Of a stretch of DNA of 64,000 nt, positions 39,961 through 54,239 are shown in pieces; within the stretch, counting starts at the first letter, position 1; every line of letters starts with the position of its first letter. This DNA is from Camelus dromedarius (lineage: Eukaryota). The stretch covers positions 98,396,001 through 98,460,000 of the forward strand of contig NC_087437.1 in the NCBI RefSeq assembly GCF_036321535.1. Direction: 5' to 3'. The position numbers and the translations under genes are program-made. The notes under the pieces were generated by a model, which saw only the letters and a program-made list of their open reading frames with translations, searched no databases and was not told where the DNA came from.

Positions 39961-40189
39961 TTAGAAAAAATTTTGGACACTATAATCATAAATATTTCTG
40001 CATTCTTCAATTCACTAATATAATAGACATTTCATGTAAAAAGAGAATTGGTCTAGGAGGAGTCAAAATACTATAACTCATCTTTCTTGTAACATTTGAT
40101 TCGTGTGCCTCTCTGGTCCCCAGATTTGCCACTGGGGTGATGAACAAACCCCAGCTAGCGAGTTTGTATGCTGAATCAATGCTCAGTAT

Positions 40190-40505
40190 CTGAAGGCTTC
40201 AAAATGTCTCCCCTTTTTTTGTTTCTAGTTTTCTCTCTTTGTACTCCCTCATAGCAGCCTACTGGGCTCCTCCTCTGGGGACCTCACTCATCTGCTCCCA
40301 GACTCGCAAACTCTCCTCTCATTCTGTGTGAAAAACACAGCCTTCTCTCCAGGCACTTGCCACACGGTCCTGCTGTTGTTCCCATCGCCCCTTTGACTGT
40401 GGGCGTCTTGAGGTCAGTTCCAGCGCTGTATTCATTTTTATCTCATTAGCACCCGGCACAAGGCCTGACACACTGTCAATAAATGTATGTCTAGTGAATG
40501 AGTAA
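40190..40505 (+). mobile_element. L2 3' end
   Basis: gactgtgggcgtcttgaggtcag...cacaaggcctgacacactgtcaataaatgtatgtctagtgaatgag. Confidence 0.6.
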
Positions 40506-40959
40506 AGGAACATATGTATTAAGAAAGCAATCTGCAAACTGCAAAGCTATAAAGTAAAGATGCTCTACTTTATATATGCAAAGGTCTTAACATTAAGCGT
40601 CGATTAGCAATAGGTAGGAATTAAAATAACAAACTCAGGGTTATAATGACCATTTGTAAATTTGACTAAATATTCTGAAGGCTTTAAAATAAATGAGAAA
40701 TTTTCCTAGCCTCAACCACAAGGAAAAGCCAAAGTAAACTTAATATTTTTGAGATGCAGTTAAAAAGACACCCACTAGGATCCACAAGGAATAGCATATA
40801 ATGGGAAGCACTTAGAAAAAATGAGCAGCATTGCTACTTAGTGAGAAAAGCTTAGCTGATGCCAACCTCATAATATCATGGCTGTTAAACACACTCACAA
40901 TTCAGGAGTGCAAATTAGAGTAAACCACAGAGTGGGGTCATTGGGGCCAGTCCATAGCT

Positions 40960-41290
40960 ATGAAAGCTAATATAACATGGGGATGCATATACCACTGGCA
41001 TATACTGCTAATCATAAAATGCTGTGGTGGCCAGCAAACCATCTAGAAGCTTAGACTAAGCCAAGCCCACAGAAGACTTTGTCCCATTTGGGGCTTTATA
41101 TTTTTTAAGTGATTGGGAAAGTTGGAAGTGAACCAGAGAAGAGCAACAAAAATAATTAGAGTTGGCAAATAGACCTACGGGGAACAAGAGGGAAAAGAGC
41201 TTGGAATTATTTGAGCTGGGGAAGAAATTGCTGCAGGGGTGACCTCATAATCATTTTCAACTGAGGAAAGGGTATTATAAGGATAATAGG
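40960..41290 (+). mobile_element. L3/CR1 LINE fragment (3' part of ORF2)
   Basis: aaagttggaagtgaaccagagaagagcaacaaaaataattagag...gagcttggaattatttgagctggggaag...ggggtgacctcataatcattttcaa resembles the CR1 LE-VQRRATK...LGLF-L...RGDL region. Confidence 0.65.
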
Positions 41291-41436
41291 TGTTGGGGAT
41301 GGAATGTGCCAATGAATTATTTTCCTCTTCACTTCCGGTTTCCACATTTCCATAACCAAATTGAAAACAGACACAGCAATCAGGTGAGAATTCAAGGATA
41401 GAATGAGCTTTACTACCCTAAACCCTCATGGTTTCT

Positions 41437-41858
41437 TGTATTGGAGGGTGGAGCTTGGGCCTAAGAGCCAAGTAAGGTGTGCTATTGCTTCACTTACCAC
41501 TCAATTTCCACGACTCAACTCCGTAAATCTAGACTCAAGAGACAGTCAAGGACTGAGTTGGGACTACAAAGCAAGAAGCTTACCCACAGGACCATGGATG
41601 CTTACAGTCTACTTCATGTATAGGTCAAGGAAAAGAGAACCAAGAGACCAGACTCCACAAGAGCAGTGATTTTGCCCCAATTTCACCAAGAAGAAAAGCT
41701 GTGAGAGAGAGCGAGAGATAGGAAATGTCTTCCTCTAGTGTTCCTCCCAGAAGGAGTGATAAGTGTCCTTCACTTTAGAAAGAGTGAGGAGCTGAGTAAC
41801 AAGCATTATCTTTCCCCTGAACAATAGGACCCAGGGAGCCCCAATGCTTTCTAATACA
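41437..41858. mobile_element. Possible old solo LTR, family not identified
   Basis: Bounded by inverted termini tgtatt...aataca, about 420 bp, appears to interrupt the L3. No TSD visible. Confidence 0.35.
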
Positions 41859-41993
41859 GAGACCCATTTACCAAAAGGAAGGTTTCTCTTGAAATCAAGG
41901 AGAATGCGGCACGTTTCTGAAAGAATGACATAGCTCTCTGAAGGAGAGTTAGAATTTTTCTCCGGAGATCTTTGGCAGTTCTAATCATTGGAT

Positions 41994-42284
41994 CAACATT
42001 ATCCCAAATGTGTTTCTGTGTAACTGTGGTTTCATGGGGTGTTCACAGGGAGGGATTACATGTAAAGCATTCTGTGATCGAATCCACTTGAGAAACACTA
42101 GGTTAAACCAAGTTAAACCATATTTTATACTGAAGGTCATAAGAAAGCTTTTAACTTTTAATATTATAATATTTACTGTGACTTTCCTGTTTTCCAGAAT
42201 CTTTCTTCATCTCCTTTTTTTTTTTTTTTTGGCATTGTGTATAGTTTGGCTTGTGTTTCATGAAATATGCTTTGGAAAATGTAG
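41994..42284. mobile_element. MER103C-like hAT-Charlie DNA transposon
   Basis: cccaaatgtgtttc...ttgagaaacactaggttaaaccaagttaaac...atgctttggaaaatgtag. Confidence 0.65.
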
Positions 42285-44399
42285 CCTTAGATGGTTTCAT
42301 TAACTTAACATGGAGACAGACAAAAAAGTTGGATCTGATCTATAAGCCTTTTCTAGCTCTACTGTTTCATGATTATGTTTGGTGCAGTGACTCATCTCAT
42401 TACAAACTGTAATCCCAACCTTTCACCAAGCTAAAACCTACAAGGGATTGGTGCAACTTTTTAATGGAGATGAGACTTGGAGGAGACCTGGCTGACTGCC
42501 TCTCATTGGTAGACAATACGGCTTTGTATCAACATTGTATGCAGACAAAAGCATGGAGAAATACATAACCCAAATTCATTTGCAAATGTTTTCTTTGTTT
42601 ATCTGTATTTGGCAGCAATGAGTTGCTGTTCAGATAGTTGCTTTTGGGTGCTAAGGAGCTTAAGTATGATAGGGAAAGTGTGACTCTATTTGATTGCCAT
42701 TGACAATTGTAATAAAATGTGGCTTCGGAGGGGTTCCAGCAAGAGTGCATCTAGAACAGAGGAAATTCTTGGTTACTTCTGCATAACAAGTCACAGCGTG
42801 GCTTTCCCTAGAGTAACATCCTACCACGCTAGAGAAGAAAAATAAAAAACAAACAAACAAACAAAAAAAACTTTCCCTCACAAGGACAGGATGTTATTAA
42901 CCCCCAAGGGCCTGTGGGATCTTTTGTTTTGTTTGACACGAGAGCCTTGGGACACTTTTCAGACTAGGTAAATGTTCCCTTTCAAGTTTTCTGTCCTTAT
43001 GGATAAACGAAGAGGCATCTGAACAACACCCTCCATTCAGTTCGGTGCTTTGGCAGGAAGTGGCGGACAGAAACTGCTTCCACAGGCAGGGAAATCTGCT
43101 GAGGCTGCAAGACCGGGGTGGGAGGAGGCCTCTCTCAGCTGCTCTCAGGGTTTTGCAGCTTGGTTGGTTAGCCCAGAGGATGGTAATTAAAAGATCCCTT
43201 CAAGGGAAAGAATTGCTTCAAGAAAAGCAAGATTTATGAGGAAATTAGGAGAGCCCCACCATTCGGGTGCCACACACTGCCTGCAGCTGGGGGTGCAGAC
43301 CGTTCTGTGACTCAGAGGCACACCTGAGCACCTCTGAGAAAACCCAGAGTCTTGTTTTATTTCTCGTGCCGAGTTCCAAGTTTCTGAAACGTTGCCCTGC
43401 TGTCAGCATGTGTATACCACCTTTTCTGAGTGAGCACTGAGAACGAGAGGGCATATTATATTTCCAGCTCTGACGTACTTGTCCTGGCTATATTGTTTGG
43501 AATCTGCCATTTAGACGGAAGATTTATCAGCCACTTTGTCAGATCTGTCAGTAAGGAACTGGATAGGAGGCCCGTCTTGGATGAAGTGATGAGAATGAGA
43601 CATCTGATGGATAAATGAAAAGTTAAATCCGATCACAGGCATGGGTGAAAAATGGCCACACATGGCTAAGGAGCCGAGATGGCCAGGTCTGCACTCTGAA
43701 GCTGGCAAGAACAAACAGAGCTAAATAGCCACGTATTTCTGCTGTCTACTAAGCAGCAAGCCTTCACCTAGTTTGCTGAGAAACTTAATGCTTTCAAACA
43801 AAGCTACAGATCTAAAGCATACCCCATGTCTACACAAATCCTAGACCTTCTACACAACTAGGATTCATCTGGTTACCAATGACCTGGAATAAATGAAAGG
43901 AACTGGGTCATGCGATGTCCTCTTCACAGCATATTTGCAAATAACAGCGTCGAAGACCACCAGCCCAGGCTGAGAATGTTTCAAGAAGTATTTACAGCTT
44001 ATTCTAGGACTTTAGGGGAAGAAATGACTTTTTCATGTTGTACTATAAATAGATACCGAGATAAATAAGAAAGAAAATGTTTTAAAAAACCCACAAGTAA
44101 TCCTTTTCTTCCTCTAAAGACTTATAATCCATTCATGACAATTGGTACATAGTGATATTCTCCAAAGCCAAAAAGTGCATCAATCATTTTCACCCAAACA
44201 AGCTGCCCCAGTGAGAGGGTTCTCAGGATTCTCAGAGAAAGAGTAAACGTGGTTAAAGAGACAGCAGTTGGCAAACTGTTTGTAAGGAGTGATGAGAACA
44301 GAGGGTGAGAGTGATGTTAGGAAGGACAGACGTGGGGATCACAGTATCCTTTGGGCTCTTCCAATAACCATCACTGTGATTTTTAATGGTTTATAAAAT

Positions 44400-45300
44400 A
44401 AAGACAGCCTAAAGCAAAATGGGCAAAGGAAATGAGTAGGCATTTTACACCATTTACAGGGAAATGGAAAATACTAACAGCAATATATCACTATTCACTC
44501 ATCAAATTGTAAAAGCAATTGGTTTATGTCTAGTTGCCTGTTGGGCTGTAGGGAAAAGGATGTCCTTACATGTTGCTGTAGACATGTGAATGGTGTAGGC
44601 TATCTTGGGAAGCAATATCTATTAACATCAAATATATGTCTGTATGTACTCACCCATTTTCCAGCCTGGATCAACAATCCTACTTTAAGACACTATTTCA
44701 GAAAGATAAAAGCACTGACATATAAAGATGTCAACTGCATCCTTGTTTGTGATAACAACAAAACTAGGGACAACCTGAATAGTCACACATAGGGGAATCA
44801 TTGGATAAACTGTGGTATGTTTACGATAGGGTTTATTACACAACCACTAAAAAGAAATGTGTTAATTTTATCCTGGTTGGCTTTGAAATATTTCAATAAT
44901 ATGTGGCTAGGTTAGAAAAGCAACATGTAGAAATGTATATGGAATATGAGTTCATTTGGGGATAAAATAGCAAAATCTTTATGTAATGTATTTGCCTATG
45001 ATTGATTAGAAGAAAGATACGGATAGAAGGAAGAAAGAGAAAGAAAAAGAAGTGGAGGTAAATAATATATAAAAATAAAGATGTTCATGGAATTTAAAAA
45101 ATCATATCACTATGATCATTTAAAAATAATACCGTAGAGGTAGGTATATATAAACAGAGATATTACATGACAGTCATTGAAATGTTAATGGGTTTCTAAT
45201 AGGTGAAATTTCAGGTAAATTTTAGTCTTCTCCTTACACATTTCCGTATTTTTTTTTTTTTGCAGTGAGCCTGTATTATTTTTTATCAGAAGAATAAATA
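44400..45300 (+). mobile_element. L1ME 3' fragments
   Basis: aaaatgggcaaaggaaatgagtaggcatttt...caacaatcctactttaag...ggataaactgtggtatg. Confidence 0.7.
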
Positions 45301-46777
45301 TATGTTTTAGATTAGATAAAAACTTTAACATAAAACCTCACTATTGTTTGTATAAAACGTTTCATAGAGATTAGCATGAATTCTGCAAGTGACTGATGAA
45401 GGTGGTGGGAGAGAGGCATGGAAAAAGGAGCATTTGAGCCAAAATGTGCATTCTTTTTATTTTCTGCACTCTGGATCTATTCAAATCTCGTCTCCTGCCG
45501 AGGGATTCAGTGCAGAACTAAAATATGATGACTTACTTGGCAACAGCGAAAAAAAGAGCATTTACTCAAATGCAATAAAGATAAGCAATAAGTTTCAGTG
45601 ATGCATATAGTATGTTCTCTGCTCGCCTGCTTGTTCTTTCTTCTCTCAGCAGAAGTTCAACTGAAAATAAGCTCGAACAGCAATTTGCCAAATTAGCTAG
45701 TCACCTCACTTGTGACCAAATCACATCCTACAGAGAGATGCTGAGCCCCGAGCTTTGGCTTCCTGCAATATACGTAATTTGAAGAGACTTCACTTAGCAA
45801 GGGAAAGGGTAGCCTAGCCAGTTGGAGTTATCTGGAAAAATGAGTTGCAGAAATAATATTTGTGCATGATATTCACACATAATTCCCAAATTAGCTCTCC
45901 CCAAACTACCCACCTCCCCAAAATAGCAATGCAAGAAATACATGTATTTTCTCTTTTTGAGGTTGGGAAACAACCACAAAACAGGGAGATTGCTTAGTAA
46001 AATCCTAAAAAGCCAGCTATAGGAAGACATAAAAAGAAGAGAATACAACTTTGATAAAGCAGTGGTGGGAACATGGAGAATTTGATGTATGATACAGTCA
46101 GTCTTCACCCACAGAGGATAGGGGTATTTATCATTTGTGTTTCCCCACTCTTCCTGAATGGCCACCTGGCTGACAGTGCTTTAGGGCCATGAACAACTCT
46201 TAACCAATCATTACATACAGAACGTACTATGTGGGGTTTGGGGCATTCTGATTGGCTAATATGAAGCAAGTGCCAGCCCTCTGGAGGAAGAGATAGTGTC
46301 ATGCCAACTGACCAGTCAGGAAGATGGGTATTTAGTTATTCAAACAGAAAAACAAAATGCTAGAGAAACCGAAAAGTATCTACTCTGTCTTTTAACATAT
46401 TTGACCAGTATATAAGCAATACATATATGTAAAATAATTGATTCTCTCCACGGGGATCCATGGTGAAGATTTTACCACCAAAGTTTATTTTGAAAAATAA
46501 TTTTTGAAAGTAACCCCTTTTTGTTTTTCTTTTTGGCTACTGATAGCACAGCCATCTATGCTCAGAAAGGTTGACACTTGCTTCTTTATAGTAAATCCTT
46601 CCTGTATGCTATTAGGAAAATCAAAATGTTACCCTTTAGTACTTCAAATTATTGATTAAAATTCTCCCACAAGAGTTCTCTCCAAGTAAATACAAAATTG
46701 TCCTTCTTTTTTGGAAATACACCCTAACAATTGGAGCAGTTATTCTTTCTGGAAGTCAAACCACTCCTCAGACTGCC

Positions 46778-47381
46778 TGTATTAGTATTCTATTGCTGTG
46801 TAACAAATTGCCTCAGCCCTAACAGCTTAAAACAACACTCACTGATTATCTCACAGTTGTAAAGGTTGGCAGACCAGGTAGACGCATCTGGGCTACTGGC
46901 TTTGTCTCCCAAGGCTGAACTCAAGGTGTTGGCCTGACTGGACTGTATTGTGGAGCCTCTGGGAAAGAATCCACTTTCAAGCTTATTCAAGTTGTTAGCA
47001 GAATCTCCCCGCAGTGAGGACTGTGGTCACCATCTGTTTGCTGGCTGTCAGCAGGGAGCCGCTCTTATTCCCTAGAGATCACCCTGCATTCCTTCTTGGG
47101 TGGCCCCCTCTAGCTCAGAGCCAGCAATGGGGCACTGAGTCCTTCTCATACTTTGAATCTCTTCAATCTCCTCTTCTGCCACTATTTAAGAAAGCTCTCT
47201 GCTTTTAGGGGCTCATGTGATCCAATCAGGCCGACCTTGGTAATTTTCCTTTCTTAGAGTCAACTGTACCAATATAAACGCAACATAATCATGGGAGTGA
47301 TATCTCATCAAAGTCATAGTTTCTGGGGATTAAGGATTAAGGCAAGACATCTTTGGGGACTATTTTAGAAAACCTACCACC
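46778..47381 (-). mobile_element. MaLR solo LTR (MLT1E-like), near full length
   Basis: tgtattagtattctattgctgtgtaacaaatt...aaggctgaactcaaggtgttggc...ctaccac; 5-bp TSD ctgcc/ttgcc. Confidence 0.88.
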
Positions 47382-47424
47382 TTGCCACCCCTCCTCTTCC
47401 TCCCTCACCTGCCCCTCCAGCCAA

Positions 47425-47660
47425 TATTCTATTTAGTGCTTGTTGTGTGCCTGACAGGTGCTGTGCAATGCACTTTATATGGATTATTTTATTTAACATT
47501 TACAATATCTCTATGAGGTGGGTACCATCATCATCTCCGTTTTGGGATAAGGAAATAAGTTTAGGCAGCTAAGTTCCTTGCTCAGCGTTACAAGCCAGCA
47601 AGTGGTGGTACCAGGATGTGACCCAGGCCTGACTCTGGGGATGTCCTTCTTTACCCGCCT
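47425..47660 (-). mobile_element. MIR SINE
   Basis: ctctatgaggtgggtaccatcatcatctccgttttgggataaggaaa...cagcaagtggtggtaccaggatgtgacccagg. Confidence 0.8.
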
Positions 47661-50568
47661 CCCTAGTTGGTCTATATCTCTGATTTCCCAATCATAATCT
47701 TTTAAAATAACATATTATAAACTTACCTAAAAATATCAAGATTTCAAAATTTCATTTAGTTAACATTTTATTGTGTTATTAGTTGTAGCTATTTTATTTC
47801 ATGTGGATAATAATCAAAACAAAATATTTTACTTTTTCAATAATAACTAAACATACCATATTTTAAATGCCAGAGAGGAGCTGCTGTCATTTTCATGACA
47901 TACATTTTGGATTGTGTTTCTAGTGGAAATGATTCTTTGGACCCAGCCAAGGTCACCACTGACAGAATACCTTTGTGTGCACATTATTAAAAGGCACCAC
48001 TTCTGACCTCTGGGTAGATCATTCAGAGAAATGGGCCCCTCTGGGTGGGTGAATTAGAAAAAGGCACCCTGTAGTGACACTTGGGTGGTGAAACATGGAC
48101 TGGCTTTCGCCAGCACCGCCCCCCCTGCCCTCCTCCCCCCCTTTGCAGGCTGCTCCATGCATGCACAGTCTGAACCACCACTGGCCGAGGCCCAGGCTGA
48201 GCCGGGCACTTTCTCCAAGCCCCACCTTGCAAACAGCAGCATCCATTTACAAAACTTTTGCATACATTATGCAACCTCTTGCTGAGGGCCCAAGTTGCTG
48301 GCCTGCGCAGGATCAAATATCTGTCCAGCGCCTTCCATTAGCTCAAGTGCTGAGGAGACTGGCCCAAGATACCAGTGGAAATGTTCTACAAATTACACGG
48401 TAGCTAATGAAATGAATTTTATGGGTATCAATTTAAAGAGGCTTTTGCACTGTATCTTTGATTAGACTCTTTGCATTAATCTTCTCCATTTTATGATTTA
48501 GCTATAGACACACAGAAAGGGGAAAAAAGTCAGAAAAATCATCTTTGGGGCATTTCTAAATTGCCCAGTTCACAATTTATAACCCAGTCTAAGAGTTAAA
48601 ACCCAAAAGACAGGAATAAAGGATTTACTGTGTACACAAGTCAACAATTATAAACACTGTCATTCAAAAACTGGACTATTTTCTCACATTTAATGTAGAA
48701 TTTATGAATTCCCATAAACCGTTCATGTTTCACTTAGCACTCTTTTGAGTCTTTAGTACTAAAACATTTGTGTTAATGCAGCACATTAGTGTCAGGATTT
48801 CCAAAGTGAGAGGCTAAATTACTCATTGTCTTGAAAGGAAATAATATTTTTTTTCCACTTTTATGGCACAAGCACTAACGACAAGGAAGAAACCTTAAAA
48901 AAGCTGCATCAGGAAACATCTCTTTTCTTTAACACAGTGTGTGATTTCCATGTACAGTGTTTTGGTTCTAACTCAAACTTTAATATAACAGTCAAACATT
49001 TGGAGTGTGAATCTCCAGGGGCCTCGGTCAAAGTCCAGACCAACAGACTGGTACTGTTGCCCACAGGGCAGCAGTAAAAACTCAGTGACTTGTCATAACA
49101 TCTAGCACTTAAACCTATTTAAAGGTCTGATGTATTTGTTTGTGTTAAGTCTTTTTCCAAATTAAACTTTTAGTGACACAAAAGTTTCCAACTTGAGTTT
49201 TTAACTCTATCTACCTTGTAATTCCTGTTTAGAAGCAAGTGGTTCATTATTTCCCTTTTGATTAAACAAAAAAATACCATAGTGTTTCACTGTGAATGAC
49301 GCTGTCAGCCAAAGCTATTTCACTGCTTAATCATGAAACAGATCCAACGTTGAAACAATACCAAAAATTCATTCACTGAAACAGAAGACATACAACATTA
49401 TCAGTCTAGGGTGAAAAAGCACAAGACTGATTAATCAGCAACCTTTGATGGGAGGAATTTGTATCCTACACTTGGCAAATAAAACAAACTGTAATCATGG
49501 GTTTTATTTTTTGAGCCCCTCCACTAAAGGCCTACAAGTTATATACTGTGATCAGTCCATAGTTAGATTAATCTTCTGCACCTTCTTCATTTGCTCCAGT
49601 GGCTGTTCAATAAATATTGATGCTCAGAACACTGATGCAAAAACGCTGCCAGCGAAGCACCATCAAGGAAAGTCTCAAGGATCCAGGAGTCCTGTGAGCA
49701 AATAAAGCAGAATCACGCATTATATTGGCATCCCACTTGATTAAGGGATCTAATTCTTTGATGGTTTTCCTTTAGACCAGGTGAAGTGGATGTAGTGCAC
49801 ATCTTCAAAAGCCATGAGGTTTATCTAGATTGTGTATCTAGACTGATTTGATTCATCAGCTAAATGCCGAATATCTGTATGGTACTACGAGTCTTTTTAG
49901 GCTTGGTCTTTGGGTTTAAGATGCATTCCTTATGTCATCTCGTGGCCTTTAAGAGGTAGAAGATAGTGGAAAGAGGTCATGATACAGTTTTCCTTTCCTT
50001 AGCATGGCTTTTCCTTTCCTGTTTTTCTCCTGGAAGATGTTTTAGTAAATTTTCTCCAGTTTATACACTGCATTTTCTATGTCTGCATAGGAAGGCTGCA
50101 TTCTATTTCTTGGCAGTTGTCAGTTTTAGTACTATGTTGGCAAATGGAAGTGGGCGATGTAACTGTACAACCCAAGTGTTGGATCCTTCTAGTATCTGAG
50201 TATCTGGGTAACTCAAGAGTAAGGACTGAATCCAGGGAGGAATCATGTAACTGCCTCTGTTCTTTAACTCTGTGAACTTGCGTTCATACAGCTTTTTACA
50301 AGGTTGTCATTGCTCTTAGGAATCTGTTTTTGGTTTATTGTTGCCTTTTGGAATTGTTTAGAAAATCCATAGGTTGATTTATTTCATGGCATTAAAAAAA
50401 AATTAAACTCTGGAAAGAAAAGCAGCAACTTGGCATGAAACTCTCAGGGGAGAAAAGTGTGATATGAAATTGAGTCGTAGCTTGAAAAAGTGTCGGGTAG
50501 CATGCACTGAAGCTAATTGGTGTCCCAACAGGTAGACCAAGTTCCAAAACGACTGATAAGTAGTTTTA

Positions 50569-50575
<7 letters not shown>

Positions 50576-50600
<25 letters not shown>
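50576..50600. repeat. Poly(A) tract
   Basis: 25 consecutive A. Confidence 0.9.
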
Positions 50601-51469
50601 TTGGTTGAGTTGAAAACTGGGCTTGAGAGAACAGCTATTTTTCTTAAATAGAGAGAGAAAGTAGAACACTAAAAAAAGAAAAGAAAGAAAGACAGAAAGA
50701 AAGACACATAACTGGCAGACAAAGGGTTATGGACACTCTGAAAATTATATTGAAAAGTTGACTTAGATAATATATGGTGACTTAGACGACATAAAGGAAT
50801 TTATTGCAAAAAAGGAAAATAGCTTTCATGGTGTCTAGCTTTTGAAATCAAATCACTTTATTTTCAGAAGATATCTCATTGTAAACTATTATTCTTTTTT
50901 TTTTTTATCATGTAACACACTAGTGATCAGAGTAAGATAAAAAGAAGGAAATGTATTGGAAGTGTACGGTGGTACAACACAAAATGCAGGTTTGGATTTT
51001 GTTTTGAGAGTCTACAAGTTGAAAGCCAAACCAGTTATCTCAAGGTTAGTCCAGGAGTGGGGATGTACCTGGTAAGGGGAAAACTTAACTAAAGCTGTCA
51101 CGTCAAGATGCCTGCTCTGAGGAGACGAAAATCAGCAGTGTGAAAAATAACATGTAAAATAACATTTTCCTATGTCAATGACCAATGCTGCAGGCTAGTC
51201 ATCATTAATGCTACCTAGTGTTTGGAAGAATGCTGAGAAATGTAAAATTACGGGACACAGCTGCTTTTGCATACGACTCTATCGCTTTCCTTTTTTCTTC
51301 CAGTGGTCACTGGGATTGTGAAGGTATGGGAGTGACACCACCACCGACTCTGACCAGTGGCACACAGTCTATTTATCAGGGGGGATCCCTCCTAGTTAAG
51401 GAAGCTTTACAGCAGGGATGAGCAGTGTTAATGTGAAAGGAGAGCAGACAACCGCAAAGATGGCAGAGG

Positions 51470-51705
51470 AGCTCAGAGCCCAGGCTTGAGCCGGCCTGCT
51501 AAGCAGGATGGCTGTGTGATTTGGGGAAGTCGATCAAACTGTACCTTCGTTTGCTCATTTCTAAAGTGGGAATACAATAGTACATGCCCCTAGGGCTAGT
51601 GAGAGGATGAAAGTGCAGATATGAGTACTGCTTAGCAAAGTGCCTGAATCTCAGTGAGTGTTTTATGTGTTACCTAGTGTTGTTGTTGTTGTTATTGTTA
51701 TTATA
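51470..51705 (+). mobile_element. MIR SINE
   Basis: ggctgtgtgatttggggaagt...ctcatttctaaagtgggaata...gcttagcaaagtgcctg, with (GTT)n/(ATT)n tail. Confidence 0.75.
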
Positions 51706-51904
51706 ATGCGATAATCTGAAGAAGCCACCAATATTCACTTTAAACTATGGATAATAGAACAGCTTTTTGTACCAGCTGCCTGCAATGCAGTGTGAACAAA
51801 ATTAATTATGGATTTCAACAAAACGAGGGACTCTAAACCAACACAAATATAGGTGCTCCCAAATTTAGAAATTCCTTCTTCACATGGTGTTAATATCAGC
51901 TGTA

Positions 51905-52000
51905 CCTCACTCATTTATTCGTGCAACAGACATTTATTGATTGCCTAATGAGTACCGGGCATTAGTCTAATGTGGGGGTATAATAATGAACAAATGTCAC
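51905..52000 (-). mobile_element. L2 3' end
   Basis: cactcatttattcgtgcaacagacatttattgattgcctaatgagtaccgggca. Confidence 0.65.
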
Positions 52001-54239
52001 GTGAAAGAATGGACTGTTTCGTCAGATGATACGTCAGTTTTTACTATGGAGCAGGTGGTTCAAGGGGTCAAGTCCGTCTAGATTTCTAGAATGTGGGTCT
52101 TAGGCAAATGTAAAGGTGCAAGTGCCTGGAAACAAGAAACTAAAGGTACCAAAAGGCAGAAGAGATGCCACAAAGGAGGTGGGAGGAGAACAAAGGTGAA
52201 CTTGGTTATTTCAAAGATGTGCTCTTCATTCTCTCTTATTCCTCCTTTATTCATCCTGGGACCCATTTGCGGCTCTGATTTCCATGGTTCTGGACTAAAC
52301 AGGCATTCATAGAATGCCTGAGGGTCCTAACTATGATCTAGAACATTATGTCTATTCCAAGTATCAATGATCTAAACAACTTATTTGGAAATAAAATTTG
52401 GAGGAGCACATCCATTTGCCTATTGGGGCCTGTATTTTTATTATTGTTGTGGTAATTTTCTGATTCTGATAATGAGTGTCATGAATGCAGGAGAATAAAT
52501 GCTGATGTTTTCATTTTCTTTCTGTGTCCTACTTTTAATTTTTTCCTGTATAGTTATCACCTAGGTTAAAAATATTAAATTTATTTTCAGTAGTGTGTTT
52601 CTCAATGACTTGAGGAAGAAAAACAGGGACAGATAGGGGGTTTATATTTGAAAAGAGATGAATCTACTTGACCAGTACACGGTTTCAGGTTGGAGTGAAG
52701 AGATTTGCACAGACACTAAACCAGAGAACATAAGTGAGGAATGTGGTCTATTCCTGTTTCTGTAATTTGCTCCCACTATGGGCCAGTACATGGCAGTACT
52801 TTTCAGATGTAATCCTTGTCTCATTCAAAAGAAAAATGTCAAGTGAGAAATGAAACACAAAAGGCAATTTTTGTTATTCTGGGAGAAAAAGTTTAGTGGA
52901 AATTTTGAATTAGCAAAATTGTTTCAATTTTTTTCTTTTCCATATGAATCAACTGTTATCACTCCAAAGTTAGCCATCACCTGGTTCTACCACTGTCTAA
53001 AATGATGACTCGAGTAACTGATAATAAAAATATTGTGTCATTTTCATAAACACATCAAATAAACATCACAAAATGCTCAGTTTATGATATTAACTGAATG
53101 TTGTTGAGAGAGCAATAGCCCAAAATGGTCTAGTGACTCTAAACCACCAGGAAGTAAAATCAAGACTTTACATAAGAACTTATTTAGAAATATTTCTTTG
53201 CCTAGGATTTTCCCAAGGGCTGTTAGGCATTTGGTTTCTGCCACTAGCCTAATCCTCCCTATGCAGCTCTGAGCTAATTATCGTGAAAGAGACTGAGCTC
53301 TCATACATATATTTTTGTGTACTTGCTTCCAGAACACACATATTAGCATTGCAAAATTTTGGATGTCCATGTATCTCTTACACTTCTCATTTGATTTGTA
53401 TCTTGAGGGGTGGAAAACTTCCATAAATAAGCTGCCATGCTCTCAAGCCAATCCCTCTTCTGGTGTCTGATGGGGGAACTGGAGGCAGTGAGCTAAATTA
53501 GATAACCACCACTCTGTTCAAAAATCTCACAAAAATCTCTTCTCATCACTGTTTTAGAGATTTTTGCTTGTTCATTACTTCCGTCAATGTAGTCAGATTT
53601 TACCCTCCTGTGGGTTGGCCTGAAGACTGAGGAAATGAGATCTGGGGGAGAAGATGTGAGAAAAGGAAAGGAAGACAATCGTGTGTGTGCGCATGCCACA
53701 CTGGAGGTATTTAACAACTGCAAAACAGTATGGAAGAATGAGATCATTTGAATTGAGAGAAGGTAGGTTCCTGAAAATAGGAGATGGACTGAAAAAAGGT
53801 GTCAGAATGTCAATGGCCAGTTGTCTCTTTGTTGTTTTTCCTGGATCCTGGGGACAGTAACAGCTTTTGACAGCCACTGAACACCAGTAATGTCCTCATT
53901 GTCAGAATTTGTTCTAACATGTTTTGTTGGAAAAATACACCAGAGGATGGAGAATATGGATGGAGACTGTATTTTACCAGCGCCAAATAAAATAGTCAAA
54001 ATGTTCTCCTTGATAAGATGGAAATAATCAAATAACCACCTTTGATTGGTTCTAGATGAGCTGAGTGTTTTGCAGGGTGTGCATTAATATATATATTCTT
54101 TATGGTACCAGACATCTGTATAAAATGCGATGAACTACTTATTAGCTATGTACTGACTTTCTCCATGATCTCATCTTCATATTCAGACTGAAATTCCCCA
54201 GCTGTGACTTACAGAAATCCTTGCTCATGTGCTGTGTCA

